A stretch of DNA of 39,667 bases. It comes from Candidatus Thalassarchaeaceae archaeon. GTDB lineage: Archaea; Thermoplasmatota; Poseidoniia; Poseidoniales; Thalassarchaeaceae. A program made the position numbers and the translations under genes. A model generated the notes under the pieces. It saw nothing but the letters and a program-made list of their open reading frames with translations, was not told the DNA's origin and ran no database searches. The stretch lies in the NCBI GenBank assembly GCA_963694325.1, contig CAVOCV010000002.1, forward strand, positions 1-39,667, in the 5' to 3' direction. Below are positions 21,673 through 30,705 of the stretch, piece after piece. Every line of letters begins with the position of its first letter. Position 1 is the stretch's first letter.

Positions 21673-24600
21673 TCACCGCCGGCGTCTGCTGGTAACAGGA
21701 CGCACATAACCCGATTCCTGGCTTCGCCGGTCATCCTTGGTCAGATGTTTGGGTTTCGGAGGTGGTGTGTGCTGGTCCATGCCGAGGATGCCGCCCTCGG
21801 TGTGAACCTCGGCGACATCGTAGGTGGAAGCCGCATCTTCAGCCGCCACTTCAACCTCCTCGGGTTGGCGCATCACCAGCCATCCAAGGGTCAGAACCAA
21901 GGCGATCAGGATGATGATGTAGAGACTGCCGGAATCGGATGAAGGCAGAAGATCCTGCCAGGACAAATCGCCGACCCCGCCCCCGTTCGCATCCGGTGGT
22001 CTGACACTGACCTCATAGGCCTGCATGGTGCAGACGCCGGTGTCATCACAGACCTTCAGCAGGATTGTCACCTGACCGGATTCATTCCACGAACTGTCGA
22101 TTCCACGTCCATTTCGAACCTCGAGATTGGTCACCCAATCGTCGTGCAGGTCGCCATTTCCATCCGCGTCGACGCTGTCGTCAAGATCCCACCAATAGGT
22201 GAGGCGCGCATTGAGCTCGACATCTCGATCGTTGGTCGGGTCGCCGTCAGAATCGCTGTCATTGCCGAGGTCTTCATCGCGCCAAGCGACGATGCCCTCA
22301 ATCAGATCCGCATCCTCTGCGAATCCTTCGAAAATGTTGACTTCATTCGTGATGACGAAATCTGAATCGATGATTGATTCGGCCATGATGATCGGCGCAC
22401 TGGAGACCCATACTCGGATCGATGTGCTGTTGGTGTCACCGGTGCCATAGCCGTCGCGAACGATCAGTGTCACGGTGTACTGCCCCGGCGAGTTGAACGT
22501 GTGCCAGGCATCGGTTGCATGGGTTGGAGGCGATGCATCGCCCCAATCCCAAATCGTGTCGACGATGCCGTTCCAATCGGCGGCGTTCGAGTCCGGATTC
22601 GTCATGCCGCCAAAGGCGATGTCCGCGTCGTGCGAACCTGCGGATGAGAAGTGCATCACGGTGCCGGGTGCGACGAAGATGTCGCCTTCATCGGTGAAGG
22701 TTCGACGCCATTCGTAGACGGAGAGGTCCGAACCGGGGACGTCGATCGGTGCCCCGTTCAGCCAGGCTTCCTGCGCTGTCATCACCGGCACGGGGAGCGG
22801 GTTGGCGATGTGAATCGTGTAGGACTTCGGCAGCGAATCATCTCCTCGCTCATCGGTCACGATCAAGGTCACGGTATAGACGCCGGGCTCGGTGAACTGG
22901 TGCATCACCATGTTGCCTGCAATCGGATCATCGATGCTCGTGATCGTCCAGTTGTGGGTCAGGTTGCCTGAATTCCCATCCGGGTCGAAGGAGGACGAGA
23001 CGAAATTGTAGGCCTGCAGGGTTGTGCCGTCAGCGGGGCGCGGGAAGATGGCAACAGGTCGCTGATTCAGCACTTCGATGCTGAGCACCGCAATGCCGAC
23101 ATCACCGGTGTTATCCACCGCGATCACGGTGACATTCTTCCAGCCAGGGCTTGCCCAAGCGGGTGTCGGCATCAAATCCGTGGTGTGATTGGTCCCGAAC
23201 GAGGACGCCATCGTCACGGTTCCACCATCGAGATTGACATCCTCATCGAACCACCAATCGATGGAGATGATCGTGCCATCATCATCGGTGAACATCGTCG
23301 GCAGGAGAATCGGTGTCAGCGTCGTGGTCTGGAGGTCGTCGAACCAAATCTGGCGCGGGACGCGATTCATGATCAGAACAGTGACCGTCTTGTTTGCCTC
23401 GTGGGTGCCATCATTGACGATCAATGTCAACTGATAGGGCGTTCCGTTGGTTGAAGTGCTGACCGCCCATTCGTGGGCCACGTCGTAGAGACCGACACCG
23501 CTCAGGACCGTGCCATCGCCGAAGTCCCAGGTGAAGTGGAGTTGCGCCAAGGGCACGTTGTCGATGGTGTTCGCCGCCGAGAACCTCACCCGTTGTGAGG
23601 TCAACAGTGGATAGGGATCGGGAATCGAGACCGGTGGGGTGCCGACATCGATGCGCGGGACGGGCACCTGGGTGTCATCGACATCGATCTGCCAGGTCTG
23701 AACCGCGCTCACTCCGCCGCCTTGATCGACGACCTGCAGTGTGACATTGTACGACCCGGGCGTCTGCCATGCCCGCATCGGGTCCTTCAGGCCGGACCCG
23801 GGAAGTCCATCGTCAAAGGACCAAACATAACCGGTCGGTGTGACGTTGTGGGTGAAGGATTGGTTGGTCATGCCGAGGCCCCAGAGATCGTAGCCAGCGC
23901 CGAAGAATTGCAACGGGAGGTAGGTCTGGGTGGCGTTCGATGCCGCGCTTCCTGCCCCCTCTGGCGCCATGTTGGAAAGGGCGAGAGGCAGGGTCAGGGC
24001 TTCATCGACGAGGGCGCCAATCTGATTGCGCATGGTGAAGTGCAGGGACCAAGCGCCATCCCACGGTGGGGTGAACCAGATCGTTCGGTTGACTGGGACG
24101 CTGTTTCCGGCCTCCACAGAGAGGCTCATGCTGTCCATCAGTGTGTTGTTCACATAGGCATCGACCTGCACGTCGAGAACCTCGTAGAAGGCTGAGGAGG
24201 TCACTTCGATGGTCGCTTCCACGGTGTCGTGGTCCCCATCTCCGTCTCGGTCGGTCGTGTATTCCTGCGCCACGGCGATCGTCGCGGGTTGGGTGATGAG
24301 ACCGGCGAAGATGTCGAATGTGGCGATCGGATAACTGGCGCCGCCGGGGAAGTTGCAGTTCGGACTCGTATAATCGCAATCGTCGACGCCGGATTCGTAC
24401 CAGGTGACCAGGTAGACATCGTCGGTCACATTGCCGAAGCTCGGCACCAGTGCCGTGCCGATGCCCGTGGTCGAATCGAATCGCATGCGTTCCATCGACC
24501 ATGTTCCTGCGGAGGAATCGTGTTTGAGAATGGCGCCCTCAAAGCCGAGTTCGTTCGGCTGAATCATGATGTTGAGCGGCGCGCCGGTGCCATCTTTGAA

Positions 24601-25845
24601 GCGGAATGCATGGGCGCCCCAGCCCTCGATATCGTGGGGTCCACTGGTCCACATTCCGGCCCAATTCAGATTTGAATCGGACAATTGAAGGGTGCAGAAT
24701 TGGCCCGAACCACAGGTTTCGTACATGTCGATATTGTCGAGTCCGAAACCGGGCTGCGTGGCGTCATCCAAGAGGACTGATGCGGTGAAATTGGCAAAGA
24801 TGTCGGTCATCGTCGTGCCAATCGGCGTCGCACCTGGGCCCAAGGTATTCGCCAGTTGGATGATGCCCGCACCGCCGGTTCGAGAATCAGCAACCAGTTG
24901 CCGAATCGCCGTACCGCCACCGAGATTGTCGGCGAGGAAGAGCATGAACAGGAAGCCCGCACCATAGTCGCCCAGTCGCTGGTTCCACCATCGCACGGAG
25001 GCGCTCGCATTCTGCGCCCAGGCATTGGCGTGGCTGATGACCGCGTTCGATGCCCCGAAGCAGAGGAAGGCGGCCATGTCGGCATTGCCCTCATCGATCC
25101 AGATGTATTCGAAGGGGTCACGGGCGTTGTGGAGAAGGTGCTGGAACTCGTGGGCGAGGATGGTGTTGCGCCAGGCCATGTCGTCGATATCGACGTAGAT
25201 TACCTCGCGTTGGCCCGACATGCCCGGCATGAAGTAGCCGCCGGTATTGCCACCGCCATCGATCGCATAGATGACGATCTCAATCTGACAGTTGTTGTCG
25301 ACATCCGGCGCCGCGCCGAAGTAGGTGGTGTCGGTCGGGAAGATGGTCGTCTCCCAAGTCGAGCCGATGTTGTTGAGGGTGGTCGAGGAGAGACTCTGAC
25401 CGTTCTCGATGAGAATCGCTGCGTTCTGGGTGACGTGCATGGCCGAGACTTGAATCAGACCTGAGGTTGTCTGAATCGTTCCGGTGCCGCCGGCCGACCA
25501 AGCATTCTCACAAGCGCGCCCCGCTGTCCGTCCGCCGGTCGCATCTTCCTCGAATGGCATCACGAGGCCGGGCGTATCGTCCGCCAACCAAGATTGCTTG
25601 AGGAATCGGGTCGCGCTGTAGATCGATTCGCCCTCATCTCCAGCATACAGGTAGGCCTTCCCCATCGTGGCGGGATTGAAGCCGTCCAGGCTGTAGATCG
25701 TCGGTTCGATCACGGTCGGCGGCGGCGTCTCTGCCCCCTCGTCTCCAGCGGCGAGAGGCGAGAGTGAGGCCAACACCATCAGGCCGGTCAGAATCAGACT
25801 TCGACAGCGTTGTGCATCGACCAAGAGAATCACCTTCGGAAACAC
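21673..25845 (-). CDS. Giant (1390 aa) secreted gluzincin-type metallopeptidase with multiple PKD domains and a C-terminal TM anchor
   Basis: A signal peptide is followed by the HEXXH motif ILAHEFQHLLH and a downstream WIDEGNADMAAF. There are at least 4 PKD-like repeats (WSFDDG...GSYNVTLQVVDQGG, WDFGDG...YQLTLIVNDG, GVYTVTLIVTDERG, GQYTVTLIVRDGYG). The TM helix is LYIIILIALVLTLGWLV. Confidence 0.85.
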   Translation of the reverse strand: MFPKVILLVDAQRCRSLILTGLMVLASLSPLAAGDEGAETPPPTVIEPTIYSLDGFNPATMGKAYLYAGDEGESIYSATRFLKQSWLADDTPGLVMPFEEDATGGRTAGRACENAWSAGGTGTIQTTSGLIQVSAMHVTQNAAILIENGQSLSSTTLNNIGSTWETTIFPTDTTYFGAAPDVDNNCQIEIVIYAIDGGGNTGGYFMPGMSGQREVIYVDIDDMAWRNTILAHEFQHLLHNARDPFEYIWIDEGNADMAAFLCFGASNAVISHANAWAQNASASVRWWNQRLGDYGAGFLFMLFLADNLGGGTAIRQLVADSRTGGAGIIQLANTLGPGATPIGTTMTDIFANFTASVLLDDATQPGFGLDNIDMYETCGSGQFCTLQLSDSNLNWAGMWTSGPHDIEGWGAHAFRFKDGTGAPLNIMIQPNELGFEGAILKHDSSAGTWSMERMRFDSTTGIGTALVPSFGNVTDDVYLVTWYESGVDDCDYTSPNCNFPGGASYPIATFDIFAGLITQPATIAVAQEYTTDRDGDGDHDTVEATIEVTSSAFYEVLDVQVDAYVNNTLMDSMSLSVEAGNSVPVNRTIWFTPPWDGAWSLHFTMRNQIGALVDEALTLPLALSNMAPEGAGSAASNATQTYLPLQFFGAGYDLWGLGMTNQSFTHNVTPTGYVWSFDDGLPGSGLKDPMRAWQTPGSYNVTLQVVDQGGGVSAVQTWQIDVDDTQVPVPRIDVGTPPVSIPDPYPLLTSQRVRFSAANTIDNVPLAQLHFTWDFGDGTVLSGVGLYDVAHEWAVSTSTNGTPYQLTLIVNDGTHEANKTVTVLIMNRVPRQIWFDDLQTTTLTPILLPTMFTDDDGTIISIDWWFDEDVNLDGGTVTMASSFGTNHTTDLMPTPAWASPGWKNVTVIAVDNTGDVGIAVLSIEVLNQRPVAIFPRPADGTTLQAYNFVSSSFDPDGNSGNLTHNWTITSIDDPIAGNMVMHQFTEPGVYTVTLIVTDERGDDSLPKSYTIHIANPLPVPVMTAQEAWLNGAPIDVPGSDLSVYEWRRTFTDEGDIFVAPGTVMHFSSAGSHDADIAFGGMTNPDSNAADWNGIVDTIWDWGDASPPTHATDAWHTFNSPGQYTVTLIVRDGYGTGDTNSTSIRVWVSSAPIIMAESIIDSDFVITNEVNIFEGFAEDADLIEGIVAWRDEDLGNDSDSDGDPTNDRDVELNARLTYWWDLDDSVDADGNGDLHDDWVTNLEVRNGRGIDSSWNESGQVTILLKVCDDTGVCTMQAYEVSVRPPDANGGGVGDLSWQDLLPSSDSGSLYIIILIALVLTLGWLVMRQPEEVEVAAEDAASTYDVAEVHTEGGILGMDQHTPPPKPKHLTKDDRRSQESGYVRPVTSRRRR

Positions 25846-25878
25846 TACGTGTTCCGGGTTGAAACCGGCCCGAGCAGG

Positions 25879-25885
25879 TATTTAA
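25879..25885 (+). promoter_or_regulatory. TATA box TATTTAA 31 nt upstream of ATG 25910
   Basis: The GGTATTTA motif is identical to that at 10921-10928. It is only 7 nt from the first ATG (25892), which argues that 25910 is the real, leaderless start. Confidence 0.5.
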
Positions 25886-25909
25886 CACAAGATGGAGCAT
25901 TGTTCGGAC

Positions 25910-26860
25910 ATGGGTTGGGGGCGTGCTTCAGCGAGCGCCTGTCTGCTCGCCCTTCTCCTCGCCTCATCTCCCCTATCAACGATGGCGGAATCGGGTGACT
26001 CTGCGCCCATTCAAGCTGATTCTCTAAACGTCGTCATCATCGATTCCGCCCCCCACGATCCTGCGGCCTACACCCAAGGCCTGGCCTTCCGTGACGGCCG
26101 TTTGTTCGAGTCGACCGGCCGCTATGGCGAATCGACCCTTCGTGAGGTTGAACCCGTGACGGGAGAGGTGTTGCGAAACCACAGTCTCAACGGCTCGGAA
26201 TTCGGTGAGGGACTGACCATCGTCGGGGATGAAATTCTCCAGTTGACCTGGCGGGAGAACGTCCTCCACCGCTACCGTTGGGATACCTTCGAGGTACTCG
26301 GCAACCACACGTTTTCGGGAGAGGGTTGGGGCCTTGCCCACGATGGACAGCGACTCATCATGTCGAACGGCAGCGATCAACTGACCTATCGCAACGTGAC
26401 AACTTTTGAAGTCGAAGGGACGCTGAACGTGACACTCAATGGTACTCCTGTGCAGAAACTCAACGAATTGGAAGTGTGGCAGGGGCTGATTCTTGCGAAT
26501 GTCTACCAATCCGATCACATCGTCGGCATCGATCCAGCCTCAGGCATCGTCGTCCTCGACATCGATGCCTCCGGTCTGCGTACAACGGGTGGAAAAGAAC
26601 TCAACGGCATCGCCTGGGATGCGACGACGGATTCGCTTTGGATCACCGGGAAGGATTGGTCATTGATGTATTCCATCACCTTTGAGGCACCGCCGCGTTA
26701 CGAGCCCGACCCGGTCGAGGACAATCCAGATGTTCAAGCCCAAGCACAGGGTGATGTGAGTGTCATCCTCGTCGCCATGGGACTGCTCGTTCTCATGCTT
26801 CTCGCCATGAACTTGAAGGACGGCGAGCGGAACGGAGAGGAACGGGGGGGGTCACCATGA
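25910..26860 (+). CDS. Glutaminyl-peptide cyclotransferase (beta-propeller plant/bacterial QC type), secreted with C-terminal TM anchor
   Basis: Motifs are YTQGLAFRDGRLFESTGRYGES, FGEGLTIVGDEILQLTWRE, GEGWGLAHDG and LNELE...ANVYQSD. The signal peptide is MGWGRASASACLLALLLASSP and the C-terminal TM helix is VILVAMGLLVLMLLAM. The ORF is open from 25892. Confidence 0.82.
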   Translation: MGWGRASASACLLALLLASSPLSTMAESGDSAPIQADSLNVVIIDSAPHDPAAYTQGLAFRDGRLFESTGRYGESTLREVEPVTGEVLRNHSLNGSEFGEGLTIVGDEILQLTWRENVLHRYRWDTFEVLGNHTFSGEGWGLAHDGQRLIMSNGSDQLTYRNVTTFEVEGTLNVTLNGTPVQKLNELEVWQGLILANVYQSDHIVGIDPASGIVVLDIDASGLRTTGGKELNGIAWDATTDSLWITGKDWSLMYSITFEAPPRYEPDPVEDNPDVQAQAQGDVSVILVAMGLLVLMLLAMNLKDGERNGEERGGSP

Positions 26861-27636
26861 GCGCAACGGAAGAGGATCTCGTCGTCAGACTCGACCCCGA
26901 TGATGAGGTCGAGGCCGCGACCCATCGGCTCGGCGATGAGGATGACTTCGAATGGGCCCGCAGCGTCGCTATGGGGCTGATTCTTGCCGGTTCCCTGCTC
27001 GGACTTTGGTTTGGGATTCTACTGTTCGCGGCCGATCCGCAGGATGTGCTCGATAGCGACTTGTTCGGCCGCGAGGACAAGGCGATGGTGACCGGTCAGA
27101 TCTTGACCGAACTCGACGAGGGGAATCTGACCGGCGGCGACCCCGTCGAGGGCGTCCACATCCGGCTCCTCGACCTCGATGGAACGAATTCGAGTCACGA
27201 GGCCTTCACCAATCGGGACGGCCGTTTCCGCATGTTCGAAGTCCCCCAGCAATCCTGGATCGTCCTCATTGAGCACCCCGGCAATCAGAGCCTTCGGATC
27301 ACCTTCAATCCAGGCGACCAATCCGATTTGATGCTCACCCTGACCGAGGGCGAGGGCACCGTGGAGGAGGATTGGCGATATGAGAGCCATTTGGAGGAGG
27401 CCGTTTTCCTCGCATCCGTCATCGCATTGGTGACAATCGGCGCAGCACTTCTCGGGCTCGTCGGTGCAGCCGAGGTCAAACGCGGCCAGTGTTATCGACG
27501 TACTCAGTACCTGTGCGGCTTGGCCCTCTTCAGCCGCGGTGGCATCTTCATCGGACCGATGTTGATCCTTGCGGGCATGGGGATGCTGGCCGCGACCAAG
27601 CGGCAATTCGCTGACGTCACGGATGACGATGATTGA
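26857..27636 (+). CDS. Membrane protein with carboxypeptidase-regulatory-like beta-sandwich domain
   Basis: It overlaps the upstream stop by 4 nt. A TM helix is followed by VEGVHIRLLDLDGTNSSHEAFTNRDGRFRMFEVP (CarboxypepD_reg-like), then 2-3 C-terminal TM helices. Confidence 0.65.
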   Translation: MSATEEDLVVRLDPDDEVEAATHRLGDEDDFEWARSVAMGLILAGSLLGLWFGILLFAADPQDVLDSDLFGREDKAMVTGQILTELDEGNLTGGDPVEGVHIRLLDLDGTNSSHEAFTNRDGRFRMFEVPQQSWIVLIEHPGNQSLRITFNPGDQSDLMLTLTEGEGTVEEDWRYESHLEEAVFLASVIALVTIGAALLGLVGAAEVKRGQCYRRTQYLCGLALFSRGGIFIGPMLILAGMGMLAATKRQFADVTDDDD

Positions 27637-27645
27637 GGGGATGCC

Positions 27646-28989
27646 ATGTATCTCATCAGCGTCGAGGGGGGTGACGGCTCCGGCAAGGGGCTCGCCACCC
27701 AGATGATCGCCGAGATCCTCGCCCGGGAGTTCACCTTCGCCGGCATCGATGTCACGGCAGAACCGAGGCGAGATGCGGAACTCGGCCTGCTCGCCGTCGA
27801 AGCGGTGCGGACCGGTGAGGCCGGTCCAGTCCGTGAAGCCGTCTACTTCGCCGCCGACAGAATGGACCACTCACACACTTGGATTCGCCCACGGCTCGGG
27901 CGCGGGCGGGTCGTCATCTCCGAGCGCAACGTCCACTCTTCACTGGTCTATCAGGGACTGGTGGGGGAACTCGGCATCGAGGAGGTGGCGCGGATGAATG
28001 CCGCGGCGATGATCCCCGATCTGTGCGTCTGGGTCGACTGTGATCCGGGCGCGGCTCTGAAACGGATCGAACACGGCACGCTGAGGCTGTCGTCCATGAA
28101 CAAATCAGAGTATTTCGAGACCGATGAGTTCCAGATCAAGATCCGCCAAGGCTACCACGACCTCCTCGGCGGCGTCGTGGGGATGCCCGCGCCCTTCGAC
28201 CGTGGGCGCATCGTTGGCCCACTCATCAATGACGGTACCAAGAATGACTTGCGAAAGAAACTCCAGAAGGTCATCCGTGGATTCCTGCACGAGCGCCCCA
28301 CCCCGCTCAATCTGCCCGCCGAAGAGGTCGAATTGATCTTGCTCGCCCAGGCCATGGTCGCCCAACGCGGCCAGACCACACTCGATGTGATGGAGGCCCG
28401 CCCCGCCCGTTCAAACAAGGATTGGTTGGATGGAGCCAAACCCTGGGAGGTCATTCGTGACGCCTCGAAGATGTACATCGAAGCGGTGGAAGCCAGCGAT
28501 GCCCCGCCGCGCATGGATGCGCCCAGCGACCCACTCGGCCATGCCGTTTTGGCCATCGTCGGCACCCTTTCCCTGCTGCCCGGGGCAGAGATCACCGAAT
28601 TGCGACGCTGGCTTGGCCCAGTTCGCATGGTGACCGAGCGTCACACCCAACGCATGGTCAAATTCCTGCACGAACAATCCGGTTGGGTCCGCGTCCACAG
28701 GCCATTGACGGGTAGCGATGCCCCACGCAGCGAATTGCGGCCTGATTGGCAGGCATTCGGCCGCGTCGGCCTGGCACTTTGGCCGTTCAAAGAGGCACTC
28801 TCCGAATGGCGGCGCAACCACGACACATCCTCGTGGAAGCATGGACTGAGCGCCATCATCGCCGCGGATCCCGCCGCCGCAGATGCGAGCCTTGCACGTC
28901 TCGCCCTGCTCGGGTCGGGCAAGCAGGGCGTCGCTTCACCCACGACCCGTACCGAACTTCTCGCCTGGTATCAGAACGGCGTCGAGTGA
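27646..28989 (+). CDS. tmk: Thymidylate kinase-like domain fused to a ~240-aa C-terminal domain of unknown function
   Basis: The N-terminal ~200 aa carry YLISVEGGDGSGKG (P-loop), AADR, ISERNVHSSLVYQG (compare DRYxxSxxAYQ) and PDLCVWVDCDP. Total length is 447 aa. Confidence 0.75.
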   Translation: MYLISVEGGDGSGKGLATQMIAEILAREFTFAGIDVTAEPRRDAELGLLAVEAVRTGEAGPVREAVYFAADRMDHSHTWIRPRLGRGRVVISERNVHSSLVYQGLVGELGIEEVARMNAAAMIPDLCVWVDCDPGAALKRIEHGTLRLSSMNKSEYFETDEFQIKIRQGYHDLLGGVVGMPAPFDRGRIVGPLINDGTKNDLRKKLQKVIRGFLHERPTPLNLPAEEVELILLAQAMVAQRGQTTLDVMEARPARSNKDWLDGAKPWEVIRDASKMYIEAVEASDAPPRMDAPSDPLGHAVLAIVGTLSLLPGAEITELRRWLGPVRMVTERHTQRMVKFLHEQSGWVRVHRPLTGSDAPRSELRPDWQAFGRVGLALWPFKEALSEWRRNHDTSSWKHGLSAIIAADPAAADASLARLALLGSGKQGVASPTTRTELLAWYQNGVE

Positions 28990-29835
28990 TCAGGCCTTCT
29001 CGGGCTCCTTCTCTTTTTCTTCGGGGGCCATCAGGTGGGCACCTGCGGGCAGCTTGACCCGACTCGCATCCGAATCGAATTTCACCGGCCTCGACGATAG
29101 ACTCGAGGCGAAGAACCAGCCGATGATGAAGCCGAAGGGAATCCCGGTGGCCAGCCGCAGTGGATTGTTCGATTCATACGAGGTCACGGCCTGCAACCCA
29201 CCGTCGAGCACCAGTGGCAGGACGAAGAGGAATCCGATGCCAAGCATCGCCATCAGTCGTTTGTCCTGCACGTATAGGCCTTCGATTTTTTCATCGGGGA
29301 ATAAGGTCAGGAAGGAGTCGCGCAACGTCCAGCGGTTCAGACCGCGACGTGAGAACCACAATCCACCGATGAATAACCCGGCAAAGATGCCGACATCGCG
29401 CGCACAGACGGCCAACTGATTGCCATTGATCTGCCAAGAACGATCGTGTTTTTGATGACAATTCAGGTCACCAAACGCATAGACGAAGGCGTAGTATGGA
29501 TTCAATTCTGACCATTCGAATGATCCGCCATGCGCACTTTGGTTGTGCCCAGCCACGCCGTCTCCGGAATGATTCTGATTGCCCCAACTATCGTCGGAGG
29601 CATAGTCGAGCATGTTGGCCCGACCGGACAATTCAGGCACTGACCCGGTCGGCATCAGGGCGGGCACGAGAAAGAGAGAGAAGAGGTAGAATCCCGACAC
29701 ACCGGCGATCCACAGACCGACTTTGCGCTCCCGGTCCCGCACCTCGAGACCGTTGCGGAAGGGTGGTTCCATGTGACGTCCAACTCGACTCGCCTCTAAG
29801 GCGCTTCGGTGCCCGCCCTCAGCCGTCTCCTTCAT
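28990..29835 (-). CDS. DUF2085-like polytopic membrane protein
   Basis: The motif CHQKHDRSWQINGNQLAVCARDVGIFAG matches the DUF2085 CHQ..RS...CAR..G signature. Several TM helices are present. Confidence 0.65.
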   Translation of the reverse strand: MKETAEGGHRSALEASRVGRHMEPPFRNGLEVRDRERKVGLWIAGVSGFYLFSLFLVPALMPTGSVPELSGRANMLDYASDDSWGNQNHSGDGVAGHNQSAHGGSFEWSELNPYYAFVYAFGDLNCHQKHDRSWQINGNQLAVCARDVGIFAGLFIGGLWFSRRGLNRWTLRDSFLTLFPDEKIEGLYVQDKRLMAMLGIGFLFVLPLVLDGGLQAVTSYESNNPLRLATGIPFGFIIGWFFASSLSSRPVKFDSDASRVKLPAGAHLMAPEEKEKEPEKA

Positions 29836-29861
29836 ATCCGAATCAGCAGCATCGTGGGTCG

Positions 29862-30638
29862 ATGACCGAACTCAAGGTGAGTGACCTGTTCACCCTCTCC
29901 TTCGTTCTCGGACTGATGATCGGCACGATGGCCTTCTTCATGCACATCTTCGCCAATGGCATGGCGGTGGATGATCTCGGCACCTCGCTTCGCATTGGGG
30001 GGATGTTTGGTGGATCCGCCACGATCATCACCCTGACCTACATTTCTGTGCGCTATGTCGAGCGCAATCGAAGGCTTTCGGAAGCCGAAGCCACCGTGGA
30101 TGTGGTCGACCGACTGCAGATGGCCCTCATCTCGATCGAAGACGAGGCCCAATCCCTGCCGTGGGCGGAGGAGAGCCCGTGGACCACAGCCTCTCACATC
30201 CGACGGGACCGCGGTGTCCTGTCCTTGGATTTGCACGACCTCGATGTGCCGCAAGCCCGCAAAGCGGTCGAGGTCGTCATCGCTGGGCGGTCATGGCTTG
30301 GCCGCATCCGTATCGTCACCGGTCGCGGCCTGCATTCCAAAACAATCCCCAAACTGCGGCCGATGGTCATCAAACGCCTGCGCGAGGTCGATCACGAATT
30401 GAATTGGGAACTTCTTCTGAAGAAGGGCAGCCTCACCTTGCGACCCATCGGCAAGGCGCCGACCTTGGCCCGTTGGATGCTGCGTTTCGTCTTCCTCGGC
30501 GGGCCGATCACCATCGCCTTCGCCTTCGCATTCCGCGACCTCGCCGGCGAGGGTGCCCACGAACAGGGCCAAAACGTCGGCATCGCCCTCGGCATCCTCC
30601 TCTCCGGCATGCTCGCCTCCTACCGCGAACGACAGTGA
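29862..30638 (+). CDS. Membrane-anchored Smr (small MutS-related) domain protein
   Basis: It starts MTELKVSDLF and has two N-terminal TM helices. The Smr motifs are LDLHDLDVPQARKAV and IVTGRGLHS. Two C-terminal TM helices follow. The track ORF start at 29496 is antisense to the DUF2085 gene. Confidence 0.72.
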   Translation: MTELKVSDLFTLSFVLGLMIGTMAFFMHIFANGMAVDDLGTSLRIGGMFGGSATIITLTYISVRYVERNRRLSEAEATVDVVDRLQMALISIEDEAQSLPWAEESPWTTASHIRRDRGVLSLDLHDLDVPQARKAVEVVIAGRSWLGRIRIVTGRGLHSKTIPKLRPMVIKRLREVDHELNWELLLKKGSLTLRPIGKAPTLARWMLRFVFLGGPITIAFAFAFRDLAGEGAHEQGQNVGIALGILLSGMLASYRERQ

Positions 30639-30705
30639 ACACCCGGTGCACAGTGTACAGTGCACAGGTAACAGCAACATCGAATCACCAGAAAGCGATA
30701 CGAGA

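Noticed and set aside
29496-29861. N-terminal 122-aa extension of the Smr ORF. Analogous extensions occur at 9683-9820, 10726-10953, 19809-19880 and 33532-33588.
   Set aside because: The extensions overlap neighbouring well-supported genes on the other strand or the upstream gene's end. They are Arg/Pro-rich, and they precede internal ATGs that have signal/TM-like N-termini and TATA or SD support.
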